Assembly: GCA_965603825.1 (NCBI GenBank)
Contig: CBFDEM010000003.1
Coordinates: 124,001-188,000, forward strand
Direction of reading: 5' to 3'
Length of the DNA: 64,000 nucleotides
Origin: Blepharisma stoltei ATCC 30299
Lineage: Eukaryota > Protista > Ciliophora
In this document: positions 12,471 through 23,206 of the stretch, one piece after another
How the letters are laid out: each line of letters starts with the position of its first letter
How positions within the stretch are numbered: the stretch's first letter is position 1
Notes under the pieces: generated by a model
Database searches by the model: none
Told to the model about the DNA's origin: nothing
Seen by the model: only the letters and a program-made list of their open reading frames with translations
Position numbers and translations under genes: made by a program

Positions 12471-13259
12471 TGTCCATTTTTATGAAAAGACAGATTCTTT
12501 GCTGCGTGGAATTGATAATGGAGAAAGATATTTCTGGAATTGAAATTGAACGAGCAAGTGGAAAAGACAATGGAGAAAGAGCTGGAGCTGAGCATAGGAG
12601 CAATGCAGAGTTCTAGAACAGTTTTGTAGTAAGAGAAAGATTTGCCATGAAAAGATGCATGCAGAGAATGTCGAAGGAAAACTCAGCTAAACGGACACTA
12701 AGCGATGCTTTGAGCCAAAAAGCCAGCAGAAAAATGAATATATATGTATTGAACTTTTCCCGAGACATATTATAAAAGATTTTTAGACAAAAAGAATAAT
12801 GAAATTAGCTCAAATTTTATGTTTATCAATTTTATGAAATTGTGCTTTACGAAGCGAGATTCTGGAATTGGTGGGAGAATGAGCATAGAGAAGACACAGA
12901 GGAAGTGGACAATTTAATTAAAAAATTTATTTATGCGGCTATGAAGAAAAAGAGAGAAATTCTGCATTAGATCAGCTGTAATTAATAGTATTAGTATATT
13001 TATCAGTTTTAAAAAAGAGAGCATATCAGATATCTTTTGGTTAAGATAGTAGAGGAGGATCAAATTGAAGTCTAAACATGACACTTGGGGATTTATTGGA
13101 GAGACTGGAGAAAAAGTTTTTTCTGTTTGCAATTGAAGTTGAAGTCCAAATGAGAAAAAAAGTTTGAAAATAATTGTAAGTCCTAGATTAGGGCGATAAT
13201 AGATAATATTTCTTATCAAGACTAGGCAGTTTAGTATTAAGGGGGTGGGTTTCATGCTT
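12357..13259. repeat. imperfect inverted repeat pair (12357-12407 and 13215-13259)
   Basis: aagcatgaagcccatcccctagccttcagtaccaaaatgcctagtcttgat versus reverse complement aagcatgaaacccacccccttaatactaaactgcctagtcttgat: 39 of 45 aligned bases match, with one 6-nt indel. Confidence 0.75.
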
Positions 13260-13523
13260 TACCACACATCCGCTTTTTAGGCCACGAGACATCTGCATTT
13301 TACAGCTTCCTTCAACAAGTCTTACTTATTATTCTCCGAATAATAAAAAAGAAAGCAAAAAGCTTATAAGGGTAAGTGACCTAAACAATGTTAAAATGCC
13401 AATATAAATTTTCTTAACTTCCACAATTTTTATAACCTTATTTTAACCCAAAATTAGTGAAAAACCCATATCATCAAATATTTTAAGCAAAAAATAATAT
13501 GCTTGTATAGTGATTTAATGTTA

Positions 13524-13841
13524 CTAATTAAATCCTTCTCTTCGGTTCACTTCCCTATATTCTTGAGTTACAGCACAAGGTGCACAAATCCACTCGATCA
13601 AACAATCTGTGATAAAGGATCCTTCAATGTGATATTTTTTTCTTATCTGGCCTCGGTTTATTGCAGCTCCAAAACAAAACAACAGACATGGGAGGATAAA
13701 AGGTTTCAATAATCCTTCTTGATATGCCTTATTCACACTCCAAGCTTGAAGACAACATGTACCACAAGGAACAAAACAGGCAATTAGACAACTGCACATC
13801 TCTGATAAGCAGCCGCATAAAGGTTCGTCAAATGCTGCCAT
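13524..13841 (-). CDS. PLAC8/cornifelin-family Cys-rich protein
   Basis: LCGCLSEMCSCLIACFVPC...RGQIRKKYHIEGSFITDCLIEWICAPCAVTQEYRE. Confidence 0.9.
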   Translation of the reverse strand: MAAFDEPLCGCLSEMCSCLIACFVPCGTCCLQAWSVNKAYQEGLLKPFILPCLLFCFGAAINRGQIRKKYHIEGSFITDCLIEWICAPCAVTQEYREVNRREGFN

Positions 13842-13947
13842 TTAGATATTATACTACACGTCCCATTAATATATAATTAAATTCGGAATGATTTTATTCC
13901 CCTCTCATCAATATTCCTTTTTTACTATTAAATGACAATTTAATTAT

Positions 13948-16095
13948 CTAAGTGAATTTATAGTCAAATCTCATCTTGAAAAGAAACTTCATTTTTACTT
14001 GTTTCACATCATAGACGATATATTCATTGTAAAGGAGAGACCCGTTATATCCTGTTTCTTCTCCGTTTCCAATTGGTACTTTGCAGCCTTCAAAGTCAAT
14101 ATAAGACGTAGCAGGAGGAGCATTTCTGCCACACCCTTTTGTACTATGTGCTCCAGGAGGAAGGTTAGCTGCATTGCAATCAGCTGTCATCTTCATACAA
14201 GGAGTTCCTACTGCTACTTCACATAGCAGCATTATTCCAATATTATTTTCTCTATTTGTAAAGCAATAATTGGCGGATTTGGAGACCATGTCTGCGAAAT
14301 AGACACCTTTGCCAAACATGTAACCACTTACTGGTGCTTCTGGAGGGGCAATTCTTAGTCCTTGTGATAAAATTCCTGCCCAGTTTGTCAGCCTGCTTCC
14401 ATGCCACAGAAGCATGCTATTTCCAATGTCCTTAGTAAATCTCTCATCCTCCTCTGCTTTATGCAGTCTAAATATTTCTAAAATAGTTAAACCATAAGAA
14501 TTATGAGTTTTTGCATGAGTATTTGAAACATACTCGCTCAATATTGCAAATGTAGGGTCGTTTTTCTCAATAGGTGTTATATCGCAATTCAATCTTAAGT
14601 AGTGCTGGTCAATAGGAGACCCTACTGCTTTTGATTCAATTATATTTGTAGCAATTTTCATGTCAGTTAAAGACTCGATCATTGTGATTTTTTCTTGTAA
14701 GCGTTGTCTGGAGTTTATAATAAAGTTACAAACATTGGTAAAGCCAAAATCATGAGGGATTAAAGAATAAAATTTGCTTGAAAGTCCTTCAAGACTGCTG
14801 TTTTCTCTCCCATCTAAAACAGACTCAATTTGTTTCAGTATTTCAAGGCCTTGTTTCAAGTTATTTGTCGATAGCTTGCCTAATGGCATTTTTTTGGCAT
14901 CATATCCTATTTCAGCAAGGACTTGTTTCATTGCGTTTAAATCAAAGATTAATTTGATTAAATCTTGAATCCTTCGATCAAGCTTGCTTTCTACTTCTTT
15001 TTCTTCTTTTTCTTCTTTTTTTACTATTTTTTCTTCAGCTTTTTCGGTTTTTTCCTCTTCATCATTATACATAATTTCAAGTTCTACGTAGCCTCCTCTT
15101 GTTTTATCAGTCAGTTTTTTCTGATACTCTGCCTTAGCCCTATCTAGCTCACTTCATGGTCCTTTATAAGCATTTTGTCCATCATACCCTACTCTTCCTC
15201 ATCTATTTCAAACATAAAACTGTTTGGCATCTGAATCTGACTGTAATAACTGGATAATATAAAATTTATTTGCATTGGTTTTTAAGTCTGTTTGGTTTAA
15301 GGTAGAGGACCATACTTTAGTGCCGTCATCGTAAACATGGCAATCTTTGGCTTTTGGAAAAAAACTGTCAACAGCGGCTCTGCCCTTACGAATAGTCGTA
15401 ACAATTTTTTCTTCTTTTGGGGCTTCTTGTATTTTAGGTGGCTCTGGGCTAGGTGATTTCTTTTTAGATGGCTCAGGCTTTTTAGGTAATTCTGTAGAAG
15501 GACTAGGCGATTTTTTTTTGTTTGGCTCAGGCTTGGGAGGTAATGGAGGAGGGCTATCTGATCTTTTTATAGGTTTTTGATCAAGTTCTGGGGATGGAGA
15601 TTTTTCTTTTGGCTTTTGCTTTGTTTTTATCGCCCTTTTGGCGGGGATAATATTTTTTGAATTTTTCTTTTTAGGAATTGGAGATCCAGAAGATGATTCA
15701 TAAGAGCTTGAAGAGTCTGAGATTTGTTTTTTCGGTTTTTTGGTTACAGGCTTTTCTGATTTTTTATTAAGCTTTGTTTTTGGAGCTGATAAATCTGGAG
15801 ATGATTCTTCAGAAACTGGAGGAGATTTCTCTTTTTTACTTTTAATAATTTTTTTCTTGGGTATTGGTTTTTTAGCTTTAGATTTATATATTTCTTCACT
15901 TGAGCTGGATTCTGGAGATTTTTCTGGCTCACTTTCATAAGATGACGAGGAATCTTCGTCTTTTGCTTTTTTGATTGCTTTTATTTTTGTAGGTTCTCCA
16001 GCTTTAGCTTTACCTTTTCCTTTAGGCATTTCTTCTACTTTCGAATATTTCTGAGGAGCAGGACCTTTCTTCGCAGCGCTCCTTGTTAAAACCAT
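13948..16095 (-). CDS. PARP: poly(ADP-ribose) polymerase, PARP2-like (basic N-terminal tail, WGR, regulatory and catalytic domains)
   Basis: Two ORFs join via TGA in NKFYIIQLL...FYV-W-NR-W-GRVG (WGR domain); catalytic H-Y-E triad in LLWHGSR, GKGVYFAD, YNEYIVY. Confidence 0.95.
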
Positions 16096-16126
16096 ATTTA
16101 ATTAAAATCAATAAATTTAAAATTTA

Positions 16127-17902
16127 TTATGCCCCTTTATAATTTGTCTCAATATTGCATAACGTCGAAAAGATCAGATTGAAATCTGGTCTTCTAGCAG
16201 GATCTACATTCCAGCAGCTTTTCATAAGCTCTTTGATCCCATCATTCATTTTTTCAGGTATCGCCGGTCTAAACCCGTCTTCCACAATCATTTGTTTAAG
16301 TTTCTTTATCGTAAAATCAGGAAACGGCACCTGCATTGTCATAATTTCCCACAAAATCATGCCATAGCTATAACTATCGTCACTAGCCTGTGCTTTAACT
16401 GCTACAGGATTTTTTTCATCTTTTAATAATTCAGGAGAACTTCATGATCCTTTATTGCAGTATTTATCTACCAGTCCTGCGAATTTTTTCAAATGGTCTA
16501 ATCCCACGTCACTTATTAACACCCTTCATTCACTGTCTAATAAAATATTTTGGCTTGTAAGGTGCCCATGGACTAGTCCTTGCTCATGGAGAAATCTTAT
16601 TGCAAAAGCAATTTCTCGAGAAATCCTAAGCTTGTCGTAGAACTCAAATAAAACACTTCTTTCATGAAGAACTGAATAAAGAGAGCCATTTGGAATATAC
16701 TGAGTTATTAAATCAATGGTATTGCCGTCTATAGCTGCAGCTCGTACAGGCATAAAATGAGGGCATTCTAATTCGGTCATTTTTTCAATATCATGCTTGA
16801 TATTTTCAATTACATATTTATTTGTCCTGGGAAGGACAATTCTTCTGATTACGACTGGGATATTTTTGACGATCCCTCTATATAATTTTCCAAGCTTTCC
16901 TGGTTTTTCTGAAAGACTGTCTTGAATTATTATTTCGTCCGTAGAAATAAATCCTAGATTTAGCTCCAAAACAGAATTTTGGTTCGACCCAAATGACTGT
17001 GTTACTGTACTATCAAGCGGCAATGGTGCTCCAGATTTATTAATCAGAGGCAAAGATGCTGAAAGCTCTTCTTCATATGAAAAAAGCTTATAAAATGAAG
17101 AATCAAGGACCAAATAAAAACAAATTAGCTCAGTCACTAATAAATCCACAATGAAAACTATTGTAGGGACCATGTCATTTAAATTCAAACTGCTTAAATC
17201 AGAGCTTTCTCTTTCCAAATCCCTCCTTCTAAAAATATAAAGAATTCCATGTGTAATTCTCCCAGCAGTCCATACAAGCGTTGAGAAAATCACGACCTTC
17301 ATAAATTGGGCGCTTTTTTCATTCTTATAAGGAACTCCTGAATATTTGCATTGGACTCTTAAAAGTCCTACGATAACAATAATAGCCGTTATAAAAGCTT
17401 GTATGCACTGTTGTAGAACAATATAAGTAGGCTCTATCACTGAGCAGAATAATAAAATATACATCACACCTTCAAAAACCATTAAAATCGCTAGCAAAGT
17501 CAATGTAAGTTTTCCTACAATTTGAAGCCTATAGCGGCCAGGATTTAATTTGTAGTCATAGCTTGAGTCTGAGTTTAGCCGGGTATAAATGTTTGCCGTT
17601 ATCATAACCCAAAAAAGCATAAAATAGGAAGAAATAAATAAAGCTTCAGGCAAAGACAGTAATAAAAAGCCGATATTTGCGTCGTTTAGGTTTATTTGAG
17701 AGTCAAAAAAACAAATCAGCCAGAAACTTAGCATGCGGAAAAATATTTCTGCGAGCTGGAAAATGTATAAAAGCTTCGCATGTTTTCATCTGACCAAGAA
17801 GTTTTTGAATCCTAAAGCTCGGATTACAGTATAAGCGAAAAAGCAGCTATAGATGATTGCTAAAACGAAGAATACAAGAAATAGTTCAGCGTCAAGAGCC
17901 AT
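16127..17902 (-). CDS. 7-TM (TOM1/THH1-like) receptor fused to a TKL-type pseudokinase (~591 aa)
   Basis: ATG 17902, continuous frame via TGA; seven hydrophobic segments, then a kinase fold with VVIRR, HGHLTSQN, SDVG, WSSPE, YSYGMILWE, RPDF. Confidence 0.8.
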
Positions 17903-18089
17903 TTATGGAAATTTAATGAGACTAGATATTTGTTGAAAAAATAAATACGTTTAAAATATTCTAATATAAAAATGATTAATATTAAATTAATTCATAATTG
18001 AGTATCACGGGACACATTTTTATAGCTCTATTCGGTTATAAAGCGCCTATGCTTATTTAAGAATAATTAAAAATATTGAGGAATTAAGT

Positions 18090-18632
18090 TTAATATCCAA
18101 TTACCTGAATTCCAGACCCACAGACCAATCCAAAGCAAGTCCCAAGATAAAATCCAAAATCTCTCCACTTTTTAGCTTCATAGAATTTAATTGCTTCGTT
18201 GAGGTACCAATAAATTTCTCTTTCATTGACTTTGATACTTTTATTTCCCACAAAATCAAAAGTAAGTGGGTTTCTAAATACATTAAGGGAATGGTAGACC
18301 TTCATTAAATCTCTTTCAACAGGATTGCATTCTAAGAACTTTGGAACTTGACTAATTGCTTCACCGAGATACCTGAGTGCTTCAATAACTGATTCTTTTG
18401 TTGATGCTCTATAAGAAGTTACTGCTTGAGCGAAATTTTCAGAAATTTGATCAGCTCCATACAAACAGTCTTTGATTTCAGAAATATGAGCTTCAGTTGG
18501 GAAGCCTTCTAATAAACCTTGGATTATTTGGTAAGTTTCACTTTCATTTGGAATTGTTTTTCCAAAAGCGCCACCATATGTTCTGGTCTCTATAGCTATT
18601 CCAATCAAAAATGCAAGAACTAATGCTCTCAT
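18090..18632 (-). CDS. secreted helical protein of unknown function
   Basis: Signal-peptide-like MRALVLAFLIGIAIE; 180-aa ORF ending in TAA. Confidence 0.7.
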   Translation of the reverse strand: MRALVLAFLIGIAIETRTYGGAFGKTIPNESETYQIIQGLLEGFPTEAHISEIKDCLYGADQISENFAQAVTSYRASTKESVIEALRYLGEAISQVPKFLECNPVERDLMKVYHSLNVFRNPLTFDFVGNKSIKVNEREIYWYLNEAIKFYEAKKWRDFGFYLGTCFGLVCGSGIQVIGY

Positions 18633-18685
18633 TTTTATTCACCACAGTTAATGTATTTGTTATATTACTGTATTTTAAGAAATAG

Positions 18686-19861
18686 TTAAAAGGCTTTAAA
18701 CCCAGTTATTGATCTCCCAAGGATCAATGCATTGATATCAGCAGCTGTATCATATGCAATGCTTGTCTCTAAATTAGCTGAATGTCTTATAACTTCATAC
18801 TCATCAATAATTCCGTTCGCCCCAAGCATATCTCGAGCCTCTCTTGCGATTTGTAAGGATTTTTGACAAGCATTTCTTTTTAGCATAGATGCTATTTGTA
18901 AAGTAATTTTTCCTTCATCTCGGAGTTTAGAAGCATGATAAGCAGAAAGTAGTCCTAAAGAAATTTCAGTGGCAATATCAGCTAGTTTTTTCTGGATTAA
19001 TTGGGTTTGTGCTAAGGGTTTTCCAAATTGTTTTCTCTCTATTGCATAGTTTCTAGCAATTTTGTAGCAGCTTTCTGCAGCTCCATATGCAGACCAAAGA
19101 AGCCCAAATTTTGCTTCTCCTACACAAGCAAGCGGTCCTTTCATGCCTGCAGCTTTTAATACGTTCTCTTCACATACTTCGACGTTATTTAAAGAGACTG
19201 TAGCTGTTTGGCAGGCTCTTAATGATAATTTGCCTTCTAATTTTTCTATAAAAAGTCCTGGGGTATTTTTTTCGATTACAAAACCAGTGACTTCTTGTTT
19301 TTCATTTTTTGCCCAAATAATAAAAATATCTGCAATAGTCCCGTTAGAAACCCAAGTTTTGGTTCCGTTAATCACATATTTAGAGCCTTTTTTAACGGCA
19401 TTTGCTTCAATTCCTTCAGCATCTGAGCCATGCTTTGCTTCAGTTAGACCAATTGCTCCAACAAAGTCTCCAGATTCCAGCTTTTCAAGATATTTTTCTT
19501 GCAATTTTTTGCTACCATATAATCTTATAGGGAAAATTGTAGCTGCATATTGAGTCGATATGTTTGTCTTATACCCTGTATCAATGGCTTCTATTTCTTT
19601 ATTAATTAGCCCAAAAACGACACTATTTTGTGTGGTTTCTTGCCTGAATACTCCGTAATCTCCTAAAAGTTTTACGATTTCTCTACCTCCACTTTCATTT
19701 CTGTAGTCATTTAAAATTCGGGGTTTTAGATATTGTTCAGCGAATCTTTTAGCGCTGTCTCTTGCTAGTTTTTCTTCTTCATTTAATAAGCTATCTAAAT
19801 TCAGTGGGTCTTCTCATGAAAAAGATATAAATCGCTTAAGTTTTTTTGATAAATTAATCAT
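18686..19861 (-). CDS. GCDH: glutaryl-CoA dehydrogenase-like acyl-CoA dehydrogenase (divergent)
   Basis: ATG 19861; FS-W(TGA)-EDPLNL, GLTEAKHGSD, NGTKTW, RKQFGKPLA, ARDMLGANGIIDEY, ALILGRSITG. Confidence 0.85.
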
Positions 19862-20172
19862 ATTATATTGTTGACCATAATTTATAGATTTAAATTCTGG
19901 TCTTTTTAATGACAAATGAATGATAATTTTTGATTTTAGAAAAATGATTATCTAATAATTATGATTTAGCGTAGATATATAGCGAAAACGAGGTTAAAAG
20001 CCTTTTATATCGATATATTATTTATCTAATATGTAGAAATAATTAAAAGATTTATAGCTTGCATCCCACTATTAAACTGAACACTTAAAAATCATTATTT
20101 ATCGTTATAATAGCTATTTTTCTTTTTATATTCCATTACTCAGAATTCCTTAAAAACCATTTCAGATAATAA

Positions 20173-20780
20173 ATGGAATCTAGAAGACTTCAGAAAGAAT
20201 TCGAAGAGCTCTTCAAGCTTAACTCCTCAGGCAGCCAAAGCATTGTTTCAGCTCACATGGTTGGGAATGACACTCATCATTTAAAAGGAGTAATCAGAGG
20301 ACCAGTAAGTTTTTATAATAGTAGCCAGACACACCATATAGTGGAGGCACCTTTATCGTAGACATCACAATTCCTCCAGAATACCCTTACAAGCCGCCAA
20401 AAATGAAATTTGATACCAAAATCTGGCATCCCAATATTTCATCTCAGACTGGAGCCATTTGTTTAGATATTCTGAAAGACGAATGAAGCCCTGCTCTTAC
20501 AATTAGAACTGCCCTGCTCAGCTTGCAAGCCCTGCTATGTGCCCCAGAGCCAGATGACCCTCAAGACGCAGTTGTTGCGAGCCAATATAAAAATCATCCT
20601 CAAGAATGGGAAAGAACTGCTAGACAGTGGACTCAGGAATATGCAAAAGATATTGAAGAAGTACATAGAGAGCAGGTACAGAGACTAATGGAGATGGGAT
20701 TTGAAGAAGCAGTTGTAAGAAAAGCGTTAGAAGATGCAGGGTGGGATGAAAATTCTGTCGTGAACTCTTTATTAGGCTAA
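20173..20780 (+). CDS. UBE2K: ubiquitin-conjugating enzyme E2 with C-terminal UBA (Ubc1/UBE2K); one intron at 20305-20324
   Basis: After splicing: [12 protein letters not shown]...[23 protein letters not shown](TGA)-SPALT...PDDPQD, then UBA (LMEMGF). Confidence 0.92.
20305..20324 (+). other. spliceosomal intron, 20 nt (gtaagtttttataatagtag)
   Basis: Removal restores the frame and the conserved GPPDTPY motif. Confidence 0.7.
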
Positions 20781-21255
20781 TAAATAAGCAGATAATTATT
20801 TGAGTTTTTGAGTTTTATTTAGATGAAATATCTTCGTTCAATTAGCCTTATTTTTATAGAATACTGTCAGTTCTATTAAAATTAGAAATATTTTAGAATT
20901 AGCTATGAATGTTTTTATATTCAGCCAACTTAAGCAACTTACTTTAAGTGTTTACTAATCAAAAAGAATAAAAAACTTATAAAAAAATATTTATAATTTT
21001 CTATTTAAAATTAAATCCTTTTATTTCAAGTTATAGTAAGCAGCCCATGCAATAGCATCAAAAAATCTAATATAATTTACATAGTAAATAAACCAAATAT
21101 ATCTCCTTATTTTTCCCTATAAATCATATCAATCCTCTTCCTAATCATTCACCTTAAATAATCCACAAAAAAGTACGCTTTCATATTCTCAAATCTCAGA
21201 TCCTTAATCTTTTCTTAAGCCACCCATAATTAGATAATAAATTTAGTGGCCAAAG

Positions 21256-21990
21256 ATGAAGTTTAACATCTCATTCCCAGAAACAGGGCAGCAAAAATGC
21301 ATAGATATCGATGACGAGCGCAAAGTTAGGCTTTTCTATGATCGCAGAATGGGCCAAGAAATAGATGGAGAAGCTTTAGGCGAAGAATTCAAAGGCTATA
21401 TTTTCCGTATTTCTGGTGGCAATGACAAGCAAGGGTTTTCTATGAAGCAAGGCGTCCTTGAGAATAAGAGAGTTAGACTACTTCTTTCAGCTGGACATAC
21501 TAATTACAGACCTCGTAAAAAGGGAGAACGCAAGAGAAAATCAGTCAGAGGATGCATTGTAGGTCATGACATCGCAGTCTTGCAATTAGTCGTAACAAAG
21601 AAAGGACCAGGTGAGCTTCCTGGAATTACAGATAGTCCTATTCCTAGAAGACTAGGACCTAAAAGAGCTTCAAGAATTAGAAAGCTCTTTGCTCTTGACA
21701 AAGGAATGGACAAGAAGACAAAAGCTGAAGAAAGAGATGATGTGAGAAAATATGTCGTTAAAAGAAAAATAACAAGAGAAGGCAAAAAAGAGTATTTCAA
21801 GGCTCCTAAAATACAAAGATTGATCACTGCTGAAAGACTAAGAAGAAAGCAAAAAGAAAAAGCACAAAAGAAAGAAAGATGGACCAGAGCAAAAGAAGCA
21901 GCAAAGAAATATAACATCTTACTCAACAACGTTTTACATGAAAGACACGTTGCAGAGGCTAAAGCAACTCAAGAAACAGCTAAAGCATAA
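21256..21990 (+). CDS. RPS6: 40S ribosomal protein S6 (eS6)
   Basis: [20 protein letters not shown]...GGNDKQGF...[11 protein letters not shown]...[15 protein letters not shown]...KAPKIQRL. Confidence 0.98.
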   Translation: MKFNISFPETGQQKCIDIDDERKVRLFYDRRMGQEIDGEALGEEFKGYIFRISGGNDKQGFSMKQGVLENKRVRLLLSAGHTNYRPRKKGERKRKSVRGCIVGHDIAVLQLVVTKKGPGELPGITDSPIPRRLGPKRASRIRKLFALDKGMDKKTKAEERDDVRKYVVKRKITREGKKEYFKAPKIQRLITAERLRRKQKEKAQKKERWTRAKEAAKKYNILLNNVLHERHVAEAKATQETAKA

Positions 21991-21997
21991 TAGGACA

Positions 21998-23128
21998 TTA
22001 AATAGCTTTATCTAGTGAATTTTTAATGTTTCTTAATTTTTCCAATGCTGCTTCAAAATCAGGCGAGAAAACTGAAATTCCGTACATAGTCACTACAATT
22101 AATTCAAAAATGCCATCACGGTTAATGTCAAGCTCACAGATGCTCATAATAGGCTGAGGAAATGTTTTTGACCAAATCAGCTCAAAAACGTTTCCTTTGA
22201 GTTTATAGCAGCAAACTGTTTGATTGTATGTGCCAAGTATAATTTCTCGCTGCCCATCAAAATCGATATCAGAAGTAACTACACAAGTTATCGCATCCTG
22301 TGTACAAGGAATAATATTTTTCCTTGCAAGCCCTTCTTGTGCTACATCTCTATATACAACTGCATAGCCAACAGCAGAAGCTACCAATAAATCTGATATT
22401 CCCGCTTCAAGTTTAAACAATAGCAGCCCTGATATTGGACCATCTAAAATTACATGCCAGCTTGCTTCTTTATTTCACTGTTTATTATGTGAATATTTTA
22501 ACAATTTTGTATCCCCATTTTGGCACGCAATTCCTATCAAAATAAAAGTGATATTTCTCTGTGTATGCATAGCCATAACTGGAGCTTGGTGCTGTATAAG
22601 CTCATCATCTCTAGTTAAAGACTCTAAAGGGCCAGACACCACAGGGGACAAATACTCGAAATCTGCCTTATAAAGATGCAGCCTACAGTCACTTCCTCCT
22701 AAAAATATGATTAATTCATCATCTAGATCTCTCTGTATAGGTTTTACCATATAAACTTTATAAGGGACAAAATCCAAGTCCTGGGCAAAAGAATGCTCAG
22801 TCATCCCTGTGACATCGTCGGCCCGTCTTATATAAAGATTCATAGAAAAAGTGTTATTTCGATTCCTGCAGATAATACAAGTGACAAGCATGCTTTTTCA
22901 ACACATTCCGGCGTTTCCCAAAATCTCAGTGTCAGCTTCTTAGAGTTTACCATAAATTCGGGGAAAATTAAGCTTGACAAGTTTGACTTCTCCTTCTTTG
23001 CTGCATCATAGTCTATGGACATTTTTGCAAGTATTGATTACACAGCCTCGTTTTGATTTTATATCAAAAGTACTCAAAGAGTAAATATTAGTGTAATTTG
23101 AGAGTTCATGAAAACTTCTTAATTCCAT
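21998..23128 (-). CDS. KPTN: kaptin-like protein (KICSTOR subunit); 15-nt intron at 22936-22950
   Basis: ATG 23128; TNIYSL, LDFVPY, FLGGSDCRLHLY, IGIACQNG, LDGPIS, LLVASAVGYAVVYRD, DIDFDGQREIILGTY, DINRDGIFELIVVT. Confidence 0.8.
22936..22950 (-). other. 15-nt intron (gtaaactctaagaag)
   Basis: Contains the only in-frame TAA; removal gives FPRIYADTEILG. Confidence 0.75.
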
Positions 23129-23206
23129 CTTTATATTATAATTAGCATTACAAAAAATCAATAAATTTCTAATTAAATTAAAATTCTGCCCTATTACGAT
23201 TAATTT

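Noticed and set aside
12397-13255. Minus-strand ORFs 12397-12603 and 12914-13255 as genes
   Set aside because: No recognisable motifs; composition fits the complement of purine-rich non-coding DNA.
21256-23128. RPS6 next to KPTN as a TOR-pathway cluster
   Set aside because: A single adjacency in a gene-dense genome, with no evidence beyond coincidence.
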